Below are positions 25,325 to 38,485 of a DNA stretch of 64,000 nt, piece after piece. The stretch's first letter is position 1. The number at the start of each line of letters is the position of its first letter. Origin of the DNA: Albugo candida (lineage: Eukaryota); NCBI GenBank assembly GCA_040437565.1, contig JBDOQK010000006.1, positions 682,001 to 746,000 on the forward strand, in the 5' to 3' direction. The notes beneath the pieces were generated by a model. That model was not told the origin of the DNA and ran no database searches. It saw nothing but the letters and a program-made list of their open reading frames with translations. Position numbers and translations under genes: made by a program.

Positions 25325-25900
25325 ATGAAATACCCAATAAGAAGCTTGTGTATCATGTCGCTCTTTTGCGCCACCGAGTCTGGCAAATGCAAACCAAAAC
25401 ATTGTTTCCAATATTATTACCTCATCGAATCGATGGATAAGGAGGAGGTGCTCAAAGGTGGGATCACCTTCGACTTTCAAACTGGTAAAGTCATGTTAGA
25501 CCTGAAGCTAAGCGTGCAGGAGCACTACAAATACTCTTACAATACCGTCAAAGTGCATTTACATCATGCTGACCCCAAAGAAACCCCCAATTACTCTAAA
25601 TGCAAGGGATTAGGCAATCACTATGACCCTTTCCTCTATTGTGGAGCCAAGTCTGAGCATAAGCTTACAAAGTGTACGAATAGCGCATTAGTCAAAGGAG
25701 CATATGAAGCTGGCGATATTACTGCGCAACTTGGTGGCTCATTGAAACTGATACCTGGACAAATATTCAATACCACCTCCCCTTTCAATCGATTCAAGCA
25801 CGTCAGCGGTCTTAGTGTTGTTGTCCATGCCGATCTTATAAGCAATTCAAGTCAAACTGACATCATTGCTTGTGGCCGACCAAAACGAGTCAAGTGCTGA
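25325..25900 (+). CDS. Secreted Cu-only (SOD5-like) Cu/Zn-SOD-fold protein, paralog 1
   Basis: Signal-peptide-like N-terminus, then HLH, C..LGNHYDP, YEAGD, SVVVH and IAC motifs. Intronless, 191 aa. Confidence 0.8.
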   Translation: MKYPIRSLCIMSLFCATESGKCKPKHCFQYYYLIESMDKEEVLKGGITFDFQTGKVMLDLKLSVQEHYKYSYNTVKVHLHHADPKETPNYSKCKGLGNHYDPFLYCGAKSEHKLTKCTNSALVKGAYEAGDITAQLGGSLKLIPGQIFNTTSPFNRFKHVSGLSVVVHADLISNSSQTDIIACGRPKRVKC

Positions 25901-28645
25901 GGAATTTTATACGATATCTAGCAATAATGATCAAAGGTCAGAGAAGCGAATAGTGAAACCATCAGTGCTTTTAGCTCGTTAGTGCCGATACGTATGATAA
26001 AACTAATTTTGTCTTGGATATCTTTTTTGTCGCGCAATCTTGGCTTTGAATTATCTGTTTTCTCGAGTCGTTCGATTTGCACTTATGGGAGTTGACGCGT
26101 GCACTCGAGATTACTTATCATTTGCTCGATGCAAGACCAACCGCCCCCGTTGTGTAGCAAGCATTGATCAAGGGGGAAGAAGCAAACTAAAGAACCAAGA
26201 TTTTGTCCAGCCTTAGAGAAGCTCATATTGGATTTGGATAGACCTGACAGGGCAGACTTCCATGTCATTCGTCGAATTACGGATCGGTAGGCAATCATAA
26301 CAAGACGAACATGCTTCCTCTGCATCATTAATCCTATCACTTTTGTCGTTTAGATATATCAGTTCTGTCATCCATTTGATGTCAATGTATGAAACCATAG
26401 CATAGACGCTCAGACGTACCTCTAATCCATCGAGAGCACATAGTCTTGTTGACATAATCGCATACTTAACTATCCTCCCAATTAGTGTCAGAGATGAAGG
26501 GCATAAGCTTATATGTCTGATTTTCAAGCGAGGAGAACATCATTCACTTTAACGCTGCTGTGTGTTCTCAGCCCATGATTATAATTTTTATATTTAATGC
26601 TTATTCGGTGACACCAGCTGTGCAGCAAGGTCATAAGACAATGTGTTTGAGGTATCGGCAGGATTCATTTTACTGGACTCGAAGATCGGCTCGTGACCGA
26701 TTTCCAGTGAATACAAAGCGCTGTACAATAGGGACAGTAATGTGCCGATGTAGATCAGCAATATACTCAACAAACACCGAAAGACCTCTACCGCGTGATC
26801 GATCACGTATACCACAAGCACATTCAGACCTGCTGACGTCAAAAAGCAATTCCAGATCAAATGGTTTGATGCTAGACTCTTTCGTGTACAGCGGAACAGG
26901 TCTCACTATCGTAATTTCGGTGCCAACTCATAAAAGTCTCGATAGTCCTTATCATATTTATCACGACAAAAAGACGTACACCTATCATCATAAGGCCATT
27001 TTACATGTTTTATCAATATTCGGGGATTGTTTGGCGATAAATGAGGCGCATAGGCATTGTCCTGGAACTAAAACAAAATTGCAACAAGGAAAAGACCAGC
27101 AACTTGAAAGATTCAGCTCAGGTGCAGCGTATCACAAGCCTATCACAGTGTGTGGTGATTCAAGGACAATTTCGCAATCTACTCGACCCATAATGCTCAG
27201 GTGGAAATGTAAGACATGCCACGGTTTATTTACGTTCGAATACGCCTGTAATGAGTACAATCACATTACATTCTAAATAGCGCGATTTCGTGGACCATCC
27301 ACATGGATGTAGACACTATGCATTACCTTCTTGTCCTGATCGTATCTCTTTGCTCCGGGCAATCAAGTATGTCGACATATTGCTCAAGTGTGGATCTTAC
27401 GAGATTATACATATGGAAACAATTGGAAGTATTGGACTGAAGTCGGTTGGACGACCTACAAACAGATAATTGATGAGCAATTTTCGTGTTCACACAACGA
27501 GCGATTCCTTGGTTTTGGTCTTCGGACCGGAGTCATCGTACTAGAAATCATCGCATATTAAAGCTGATGTGACCTCAGAAAACAAAACGTGTTCCTGAGG
27601 TGCTACCGGTCCTGGAGCTCATGCGTTAAGTAGATCCTCAAGATTAGGAAGGATACGTGAACATCTTGAGACTTGCGGTGTTTTAAGGTGCACAAAAATA
27701 CTCATCCAAATGATCGATACATGATTGGTAGTCGACGGGTACGAATCTAGACAGTGGACATTTGATACAAAAACATTAGGTAGCCATGAACAAAAAAAAT
27801 GCTTTTATGTGCGATGGAAAGCCGACTAGACTGTAGGCTAGCAGTACGTTAAATGCGTGTGTAGGACGTGATGACGAGAAGAAGACCTCGAATTTGCGAA
27901 GCCGTAAAATGCTATCATACTCTGTTACCTGCTATAAATTTAAACCGCATGACTGCCATAAATCAACTCTACTTCCGTCTTAAGGAATAGCTAGCGTGAC
28001 ACTTGGAGCTGTATCTATGCTTTACTTGCTATCCAAATTAGTTCCAAACCACCATTTTCAGTATTTTAGCACAAACAACGCCACTAATCAGTACATCAGA
28101 ATGCAAGAGAAAAGATTTCGGCTTTTTGATGGCGCTAGTGTGATCTGTAATAATAGAGCTTGTGATTATCTGTAGAAAGCTTGCAATGACTGCAGTGACG
28201 GAAGTGATATATAGCATAGGTGATGAACTGTCAGCTTATACTATAGAGAGCACAAAATGGCTAAGAGATGAGGTCGTAGCCATAGGGCTGACAAATTGAA
28301 TGATTTTTCAGCTTCGGCCACGAAATCTTGGTGTAGATTTCCTCGAGTCGATAACCACGGCCCAGCCATACCTGTGATGCAATCTTTTACATGCAGAGAA
28401 AGGACGATACCTGACGCGACTACTTTATAAACAAACTCTTTGCATGTGGTCTATGGTCACACACCTGCTACAAGTACCATCCCTTCAATTGCAAGAAATA
28501 TTTCTGTCCTGTAGAACAGTGTGAAGAGGCTTGCATTAAATCCGCGAACGCCCGGTCAATTATGTTGTTTCTCTAATAATGTTGATGATCAAATATATAA
28601 TGAATGTGCACGTAGCCACAACTTTACTACAGTAACATATTCTCC

Positions 28646-29091
28646 CTATTCTATACCTGTCGTGCTGTCTCCGATGTCCACAGTAGTCACACTAAGTTCC
28701 TCCCAGTGATCCGAATCTGCTCACATGTGCAAGAATGATATATACTTGAGAAAGCGCTCCAGGGTAATGAGGTAAAGTCCTTTGACGTACTTGCTTTCTT
28801 CCAGCACATGTATATAACGGTGTCATTAGCAATACCATAATCTTCTATGGTTGCAGTATTACTGAGCTCCTTGGAGGTTTTCTAGATGTCACTTTACGTC
28901 ATAAACGGATGATCGCATGGAGATAGAGTTTATTCTCAGACCTGATTGAGTCCCTGCCACAGCTGAATATTCTGAGGTGGCATCTGAAATATTGATCCAA
29001 TTGTTTCCTTGACAGAGAGAAGCGTATCTGATGGCTGTACATTCAAGAAAACTGTCTGATGTTGGCGCTTGACACGGATGTAAGGACCCAT
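28646..29091 (-). CDS. Elongin-B-like ubiquitin-fold protein, 3 exons
   Basis: MGPYIRVKRQHQTVFLNVQPSDTLLSVKETIG..QNIQLW / KELSNTATIEDYGIANDTVIYMCWKK / SDHWEELSV, joined by GT-AG introns. Matches the Elongin B pattern. Confidence 0.7.
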
Positions 29092-30939
29092 TCCAGATAA
29101 ACGTTTTTGTGAATTACGGTAGCCTAAATTCTGACCGTTTACTCGTGTCATCGACTTTGCTTATTGACTTATCGGTGGGGTCCGATGTCAGATTTATGCT
29201 ATTGCCAGTGAGTGCATACGTTATCTGAAATTTTTCTCTATATTCGTTTCTCTATGAGTGCTTCTTTACATTTGCATTGTGATTGATTCTATATCGCAAT
29301 ATATCGCCCATTGCCCTCACTGATCTCAGGATAAGTGATCGAGTAGCGATGTAATCAAACAGAAGCCTACTATTCCTTGTACCGTATCTGCTTCCTCTTC
29401 GGCGTATTTGATAGACGTTTCTCTATGTAGTTGATTGCTTGTGATTATTACAGTGAAATCTCATCACTACTCGTCCGCCTTGATGCGTATTGATGCAGCG
29501 ATTACCCGTCCATGAATTGGAGGACTCGACTTCTCACATACCTTCTATATACGCAGTTCTTTGACCAAGGAAACTGCAAATTCTGCAGCGCTTTCTTCGC
29601 TGTACAGCAAGGTCTAGCTGGCATCTCACTATGCAAACTTAAGTGTAGCCTGAAACATGGCTCCATCTGCCGATAGCTGTATTGGTAGAAACGATTGCCA
29701 AGTGTGCAAAGCACACAGATATGAGTTGTTCCTACTGAGGCAATGCTGTTGCTCACTCAATTCCATCGTTTCTCATTGCTATCCGTACTAAAAATTAACG
29801 AAGATGAACAACAAAGTTGGTGTGATTATAACCATCTTTTGGAGTGTAGTCTGCTGTTTGCAATCTAAGCCACCTTTGAGACAGCGCAGATATGCGATTC
29901 TGCCGTCAAAACAGCGCTATTCCACAATCGGAACAAGCTTAAGAGTGGTCTCACATCGAATTGTTTCGACCCCAATATTATGCTGTGTTATCACATCTCT
30001 TGAAAGAGATGTTTGGTGGAGCGCGCATTCGAATGCCGGGTCGAGCCTTCTTCGAAAAGCAGGAATGAGATCTACCGGTAACAATAGCATTTGAACGTCT
30101 AACAAGTATTTGTTTTTCTCTATTGGTCCCGAAATGAGGAATGCATCTTCAATTTAATGNNNNNNNNNNNNNNNNNNNNNNNNNNNNNNNNNNNNNNNNN
30201 NNNNNNNNNNNNNNNNNNNNNNNNNNNNNNNNNNNNNNNNNNNNNNNNNNNNNNNNNNNAAGAGATGTTTGGTGGAGCGCGCATTCGAATGCCGGGTCGA
30301 GCCTTCTTCGAAAAGCAGGAATGAGATCTACCGGTAACAATAGCATTTAAACGTCTAACAAGTATTTGTTTTTCTCTATTGGTCCCGAAATGAGGAATGC
30401 ATCTTCAATTTAATGACTCTGTGTCAAAAGGTCATCCCGCGTAAACAATGTGATGGCTCATCTATGGCATTCTTTGCATAATCTTTTCAAATCCCTTCAA
30501 AATTTGGACAGGCCGCAGTCATCCACTGAATTATATTTCAAAGGAGTGCGTACTCCATACTTCAACAGCAAGTGTGAGTTTGGCTTCTGCTTCTCGAACT
30601 TCTGGTGGATTGGAATTCCAGCTAGGTCAAGTGAGGGACGCATTCGATCGATGAAACTCTTTTAGAGGGCACGAAGAAATTAGTGCGCACGGTGATGGTA
30701 CTTGAGCAAGTCTGGAGATTTTCATGGAATGCGTGCGTGTCTATAAGATCACTTTTAAGATCGTTGCTGCTGGATTTGAAAAGAAATTACATCAAGGGTA
30801 TGTTGCTGTCTCAATAATCGCAAAAGGAGATCACAAGTTGAGACGAAACCAGTGGAAAAACTAATTTTTATATCGTTGGTAACTTCGCACAGGCTCCATG
30901 AACGTTATTAAGGTCTATTGCGGATCAGAATAACATACT

Positions 30940-32117
30940 CTACAAAAAGTAGGGGACAGTCGCACGTTCCGAGTAATTATCACATGATTCGGGAACCTAC
31001 ATAGCAATTAGATCTACCACTTGAGTTGATTGCGATGAGAAAAGTACCTCACGAAATAGTTTGAACTCTCTTGACAGATTCTCGTCGAATGCTAATATTG
31101 CAGCCACATTGCCACAGCGATAACAGTAATTGGGAGCAGACCACACGGTTACCAAATTCTGATCTGGAAACATGTACTTGTATCCTTCTTGAACTAGTTG
31201 ATGTGCCCGACATATAAGCTCCAGACCGTTAATGTGGTTGAATTCTCGTGTGACTTTCGCACCGAATAAGTAACCTGCGCCTCGAGGACTCATAGCCCAC
31301 GTCTCGATTTCTTCAGGATCCGACCACATGAGATCACAGAACGAGCCTTCATGTGGAACCTCCTGATGGCGTTCAATGACACGGATCTGGTCCAAAGTTC
31401 GAATTTCAGGAGACAAACCACCATGAACACATAAAATGCGCCCATCAATGACAGCTGCTAGATTCAAATAATCGAACACATCGGTACAGTATTTCCAAGG
31501 ATTAGCATTTCCATATTTGCGAACGCACTCTTCATAGAAACCATACACTTGCGTGATTTGTCGACACTCATGATTCCCCCGAAGCAAAGTGATACGATCA
31601 GGATACCTACAAAATATGAGTGGGGTCAAGAAAAAAGGATGCGTCAAGTGAGCTGACTCTACCGGGCTTTTAAACATAGCAGTAACTCAAAAGTTTCCAC
31701 ACTATTATGTCCACGATCCACAAAATCGCCCTACAGTATAAAAATGTTATTCTTCTCAAATGCAACCAATTGAACGCATATTGCCATGAAAATATAGTTG
31801 GTGTGCGTGATGTTGCCACCAGAGCGAAATAGTTCCAGTAAGTCGAAAAACTGTCCATGAATATCGCCGCAGACCGTGACAGGACTAGTGACAGGTTGCA
31901 CATTGGACTCTTCAATGAGCTGGTCCTTGACCATGTCGCAAACTTGTTTTAGTTCTAATTCTGTAAGTAGTTTTCCATCTCTCAGAGATTCTATCCATTC
32001 ATCCAATCCACCCCGTCGAAATGTATTTGCTTTGTCAACGACATCGAGCGAATGAATGGCTGTTGTGGTTTCAGCAACGTTATGTGAAGGAGATTCGTTC
32101 TGTTCAGTGGATGCCAT
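30940..32117 (-). CDS. PPP6C: Ser/Thr protein phosphatase 6 (Sit4-type) catalytic subunit, 4 exons
   Basis: GDIHG, GDFVDRG and RGNHE motifs; PP6-type [15 protein letters not shown] and [23 protein letters not shown]-terminal VPYFL*. Confidence 0.92.
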
Positions 32118-33396
32118 GCTTTGTTAAGGTATGGTGATGACTGTCGAGACGTCTAAAAGCTCTGCACCGAGATCTCGATAGTGGGCTTCGTTCTGTTGTG
32201 CACGACTTATCTTTGATGTTAGACGCACGTAAATCTAGGATCCAGCCTACCCTGAATCTCACAGAACGATTTTGGCTTTGGTTCTTGACAGACACGATTT
32301 CACAGCGTATCAGTCACATTGGGAGTATATGATGATTGTGCTATGCGTTTCGATTACACTTGTCGATAATTTTCTGAACAGCTGACTTGTACAATTTGGC
32401 AAGGTTGTATGCAGCTCTAGTATACGTGCAATTCACAGGAGCATTTCTTTTGCATTGAAAGATTAAAGAATCGCTGTTCAAACGTCTCAAATTGCTGGTC
32501 AACATACTGTTTTTCACATGGACAATCTACTGTGTTCCATCCAAATGCATTGTTATCACTGAAGCGAGCGATGGCATCAAGGACATATAAAACGATATTG
32601 CATATGATACCCTATAAGCAATGCGTAAAATTCTTTGGTACCCGGCTTGATCACGTTATGGAGTGCAGATCCTTTGAGCATCTCAAGACCATTTCAATAT
32701 GAATGTAATACATTTACAGCTCAAAAACAGAGCAAAAGTAATCAGGCTGACGATCATAGCAGGTTGCCACAAGTGACGCTATGATATGTACTTTGAGAAG
32801 CAGACGTGCAAGCTTGCACACTTTCAACATTGACATGGTCGTGATGATCATTCGAATCCAGTCGTTATCATCTTGCAAAGAGAATGAGCGCTGCACCTTA
32901 GATACCCAAGGAGTGAATTCGAGGATTTGCGGTGTTATGTGTAGCTGAGCTGGACCAGATGGCATGGCTCAAAAATGCATATAGAAACATGGTTAAAAAT
33001 CAATCCGGGGAATCATAATGCTCATGAGGATCTGCTGCTCCAATAAGCAAAGGAAAGGCGAATGCTGTCATCTTCAATTAGAAATTGAAGCCGGAAGGTC
33101 GATGGTCGTAATGGAAATCAGTCATACTTTGGAGCATCTGCTAATATCAGTGTCAAATTACGCTGGCTGCAAATTCAAGAGACGCAAGGTTCATATCCTG
33201 TATTGCATAGTTCTGAATTTGACCGAGACAATCACCTGCAGGGGCAGAATGCGAGAATTCAGTGACGCGACTCGCAAAAAGAAGCAAAAAAGTCTCAGGA
33301 TTACAATTTATCATGCAAATCAAATTCAACAGAAACGACAATACGATACCGCTATTTGCTCATCCTCTTCATCATTCTTGCCAAAATAAAGGGTCA

Positions 33397-33963
33397 TTAT
33401 TTGATGGGGATAGGTGGGCTGCAAGCAATGATCACGGATTCAAGATTGTTGCCGCGCTTATTAGCATGTACGACAAGGGAAATCTCTTTGACAAAGTGCC
33501 CTACGACGAAGTGGATTTTTTTTATCCCAATGGAGATTGTATGTGTTTTTCCATCATACAGCTTCAATGGGCTAGGAAATTGCACACTGAGATCGCCTTC
33601 TTCGTAGGCCCCCTTCTTTGTATTGCGACGACAATATTTTGATCGTTGATATTCAGATTTGGGCCCACAACTCAACAAAGAATCCAAATGCCCGCCCAAG
33701 TTTTCACATGTCTTGTAATTAGGGTTTTGTCTGGGTGCAGTATGATGCAAGTGCATTTTAACGTTGTGGTAGGAATACACATTCTCGTTTCCCTTGTGTA
33801 GTTTCAAAGTTACACTGAATTTTTGCTTAACCAAATCGAGGGTAGCATGCCCAGACACGTCCCCTCTAATCGAGTTGATTTTGAACGAATATGCGTCAGC
33901 TTTGGCAGAGTGCATGCAGCTTGAAAGTATAATGATAGCCAGGGTCTTAGATAGACGATTCAT
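33397..33963 (-). CDS. Secreted Cu-only (SOD5-like) Cu/Zn-SOD-fold protein, paralog 2
   Basis: Signal peptide (MNRLSKTLAIIILSSCMHSAKA), then HLH, C..LGGHLD, YEEGD, SLVVH and IAC motifs. Clear similarity to 25325-25900 (YSY..VK.HLHH..P...PNY..C; CG.KSE; KGAYE.GD). Confidence 0.8.
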   Translation of the reverse strand: MNRLSKTLAIIILSSCMHSAKADAYSFKINSIRGDVSGHATLDLVKQKFSVTLKLHKGNENVYSYHNVKMHLHHTAPRQNPNYKTCENLGGHLDSLLSCGPKSEYQRSKYCRRNTKKGAYEEGDLSVQFPSPLKLYDGKTHTISIGIKKIHFVVGHFVKEISLVVHANKRGNNLESVIIACSPPIPIK

Positions 33964-36900
33964 ATCTCAGTGTTTGATGTTTATTGATTGGAAAGTTCAA
34001 TTGTGAGGAAAATGTGTTCTGGTGATCTCCTTCGAAATCAAGTCCCACAAAGTCTGGACTGACGGACGAAGACGCCAACCTATACCGTGTTCTCAGTTTA
34101 CAGCTAAGGGTATTCCTCAGTTTACCTTTCAGTGAGACAGCAGGAAGAGCAAGTCTCCAAAGCTGTGAAGTAGTAACATGCATTCGAGTCACTACGATGG
34201 GATAAAAAGACGATAATTATCAGTAAAGGCGAGAGTATCCGGCTGATCAGTTCTCCGCGAGTTCTCGAGTTGCTAAAAGAGCGATTTGTACGCACCTCTG
34301 ACAAAATTATAACGCTGATTATACGGTCCAGGTAGAAATTAAACGAGGTATTCGTGTCACTTGATGTAAAGGCTTGCGTCCAAAGCATAAACCCCTACTT
34401 TCGTTACGCANNNNNNNNNNNNNNNNNNNNNNNNNNNNNNNNNNNNNNNNNNNNNNNNNNNNNNNNNNNNNNNNNNNNNNNNNNNNNNNNNNNNNNNNNN
34501 NNNNNNNNNNCGCATACCCACTTGTCAGATGACGCATAGCTTTACGCTGTTGGAAGGTTTTTTTTTTGTCGATCTTTCCTGCCAAATAAATCTTACGATG
34601 GCTACAGAGACTATACTGACGGTTGCAAAAACGACAACGTTTTCGAACGTTGATTTGATTACCTACGAGTCATCTTGTTTACACAGCAACGAGAACTAAC
34701 GAGGGAAGAGATATATATAGACCCGGGAAGCAATATACTACGCTTATATGAAAACACGCAACGCATGCTTTTAATCTATCGCTAGGTTGTGATTTTTGAT
34801 CAAAAGTATGGTCTGAAAACCGCTTGAAAAATTGTGGCATGTCATTATGCAAATTTCTGTCGACAGCGGCAGTCATCTCTCGTACAATATTAGAAGCCCA
34901 TTCCGGCCGAACGCACTCGACCTGTTTTGAGCAGCTGTCTTATGCAAAAGCCTCATATGGGTTTTCGGAAGAAGGCATGTATGCAACTTTGAGCGAGAGA
35001 GACTAGTATCAGCAGACTCATAGCCCAAGAAACAACAACTAGTTATCTCGACAGGACTTTTACTTGAAAATATGGCCTCTTCGCTGAGATTCCCAACAAA
35101 ATGGAAATTGTCTCTCACAATTGATATTTGAGGTCAGGAGGCTGAGCTTTGCAATGGATACAGCACCCGGGCCATTGCAGATTAGTATTACGTTGACTAT
35201 TTCGATAACTCTTCTATCCTGGATGCCTGTTATGGAAAGCTAATGCCAAAGAAGATAAGAGTATACTCTCTGATGGGTCTTCGGTGACGTTGTCGGTGGA
35301 CTTTGCTGAGCAACTGTATCTATCGTCTCGTTGGAAGCATCAATAGTGATACTTCCATGAATCATGGTGGGAGACCTTCGTTTGCAGAAACAATGTATAA
35401 GGAATAGAGAGTAATAATGAAGATTTTTGTAAGGATGGTTCAACCAACTACCTTCTGATCCGACTTGTGTGAGAATCTCAATGGAAAGATGAAATCCAAT
35501 CTACAGATGATAGAATGATCTCTGAAGCGTAAGCTGTCGCATTTTCAATGATGCGCAACCGGAGACGTCGCGGCTTGCTTAACCGACATGATTACGCACA
35601 GCAAAATTTGGAATCACTCACAATTCACGACAATATGTATTGTAAGACAGACTGCGACCTTGATTTATTGAGGATGGAAGATTAATCTCACAAACCGCCT
35701 CGATTGATAATACTGCGACTCTAATAGCATATTTCATCTCTGGTCCAAATTTTCACATCGAATTTCCACCGCAATACAGTAAACAAGTGATCGACTACAT
35801 GCTTGCTCCCAAAGGCACTAAATTTCTCTTGAGGACTAATTATATCGATCTCTTATCTGAAGCCAACGCTTATTGTTGGAACACGTTCGCAAAGCTGAAA
35901 AGATGCAAGATACTAAGTCCTCGCTCAGCCGGTTTATGATCAAGCAATATCTCTTTGACAAACATGAAACCATTGAATCAAAAATGTAATGCACTTTCTT
36001 AAGACACCACGGTGCGGGTTTTGGATCCTTATCACCTTTCGTCTAAACTCAAATGTCGTCTTTATCCAGTTTGAATGTTCCTCCATAGACATCAACGTCC
36101 ATTTATAATCAGGCAACACGTACGTCTCATTTTGCCTTCTGTAACATAGCTGCGTCGAAGTTTTTCTCTAACTCACTAATGTGATTTCAGTATGTCGAGA
36201 TTGTCCGATAAACTCCAGAATTTTCGCTTTTGACTGCTCAAAATACTCAGGCAGTCCCAAAGGAAGACTATGAGCCCGTAGTCGTAGATCGTGGGATCCG
36301 ACAGCATGAAGACTACTCCATATTGTGTGTACATCATCGAACACGCTCGAAGATTCAAAATATGCAAATTTAACTGGAATCAGCAGCTGTATGCAGTTCA
36401 TTCTGTTTCAATTGAGAGCATTCGCCGGTGCAGATTAGCACACTCTCCTTTGCGAATCGCAGTGCAAGTCCCGTTAAGTTGTTTTCCTCATCGTCTGATC
36501 CTGATGTTGCGGATGAAAAGGAGTATTGATGGAGCTGTGGGGGATGAGCGTGGAATGTGATGGCAGCCTGACTNNNNNNNNNNNNNNNNNNNNNNNNNNN
36601 NNNNNNNNNNNNNNNNNNNNNNNNNNNNNNNNNNNNNNNNNNNNNNNNNNNNNNNNNNNNNNNNNNNNNNNNNTGCAAATTTAACTGGAATCAGCAGCTG
36701 TATGCAGTTCATTCTGTTTCAATTGAGAGCATTCGCCGGTGCAGATTAGCACACTCTCCTTTGCGAATCGCAGTGCAAGTCCCGTTAAGTTGTTTTCCTC
36801 ATCGTCTGATCCTGATGTTGCGGATGAAAAGGAGTATTGATGGAGCTGTGGGGGATGAGCGTGGAATGTGATGGCAGCCTGACTGAACAAAAGTCTCCAT

Positions 36901-37699
36901 AGACACTCCTGGATGTCTGACGATGGGCTGAACACATCATGAGGCACTATAGCGAAATGAGTTGAAACAAGAGCTCTTCCATTTCCACAAAGAGCTATAT
37001 GATGAAGACATTTTGTCAATGATGGATACCCGCGTTCCATCTAGTTGGCTAGATCATCGGACATCTGAAAGCACCAATTAAATTGGGTTATTCAAAGTGC
37101 TGAATGAGGGCGACAAGATGGGTCTGGTTGGATGCGTGAAAAAAGCAGATGCAACTAGGAGAGGCTCGGTCTATGACTTTGATATCGATAAGTTAAGTAC
37201 AAACTTTGAGAGGGAGATGCTAACCGTCTCCCGGGTAAACAAACTCTCTTCTCTGCGCATTTATAATATGTATTAGCCCTGACCGTATCGAGAACACCTG
37301 TATAGCTGCAGTCACAACTCGAAGTGGCTCCTTTGAATATTATTCTTTTGTGAATGTTGGCGGAAGCCTAAGACTGCTTCAAGAAAAATACGGTCATGTG
37401 CTTTTATGTTACATAGATCCCGGGCAGGGCGCATTAGCGCAGGAGATATTTCACTCATCCCACTAAGAGTTAGCTATATACTTCGGAAGTAAGATGTATC
37501 TACGCGAAAGAAGTAATCAAAAATTCTTTACATCACACGTATCATGTGGGATGGGACACTCCTGTTTGCGCGATTTTGCGGCCTTCGTTCGAAAATGACG
37601 AGGGAAGCTGTACAGATGATTGTTTATATCGCTAATGAAGACACAATGCATTTTATCTAATTGTACTACATCTATACAACCAGCTTTTATTTTGCGTAG

Positions 37700-38130
37700 G
37701 TGACCCATTCGGTTCGACAACAAGAATGAGGCTGTACAGTACTGTGCATCTTGGCAGTCACTCGAGCAGTACGGTACCGAGCTAATAGATTTGAACATTT
37801 ACAGGGAGAGCAAGCAATGATCAAAGAATTACAAAACGGTCCGATCATATGTGGAATTGCCTGTAATAAAGCATTTACTTTGATTTACAGCGCTGGCATT
37901 ATGAACGATACGACTGGGTGTATGGAGCTGGACCACGATGTCGAGATTGTCGGCTGGGGAGAAGAGAATGGTATAAAGTACTGGCATATTCGAAAGCGTG
38001 GGGTACTTTTTGGGGGGATGAATGGGTTCTGCAAGATTGTGCGGGGCAAATAATTTGGGGATTGAATCGACTGTCATTACGTTATCCCAGACATTACGGA
38101 AGATGAAGTCGTCTTGAAGAACATCCGATT
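37700..38130 (+). pseudogene. Papain-family (C1A, cathepsin X/Z-like) cysteine protease fragment with frameshifts
   Basis: EL.NGPI.CGIA, DHDVEIVGWGEENGIKYW and NLGIES are present. The conserved RNSWG..WG..GF segment is broken by indels near 37995-38018 and again near 38050. No catalytic-Cys exon is recognisable upstream. Boundaries approximate. Confidence 0.8.
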
Positions 38131-38485
38131 TACGAAGGATCACATTACGGCATTCGTCCACTTCTATCGAAAGAGGCTCAGAAGCATCCAATTGCAAACA
38201 CTAGTGACATCACATGAGGTCACGAGCAAATGGTACAGCAAGAGAATGCGGTTGATGAAGATAATGAATAAAGCGATCCAGAAACTTATATGAACAGAAT
38301 TCTCGGTATGCAGCAGAATCTTGCATTACATGGCGAGGCGAAGAGTATTGGTATTGGATCCATCCACTCCCAGGCGCGGTGTCGCCAAAGCTCTGCTGTG
38401 TGCGGGATGTTTGGAATGATTGCTGGATATATTTTGATCAAGACAAATTTTAGGCGTTCGTACACGCGGATCCGTTAAGTTTTAT

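Noticed and set aside
26560-27276. 238-aa plus-strand ORF
   Set aside because: It has a non-ATG start and no recognisable motifs. It may be a shadow frame of a decayed gene and cannot be supported as a CDS.
30005-30414. About 155-bp direct repeat
   Set aside because: Gap-flanking overlap with one substitution; an allelic or assembly artefact.
36363-36883. About 210-bp direct repeat
   Set aside because: Gap-flanking overlap artefact.
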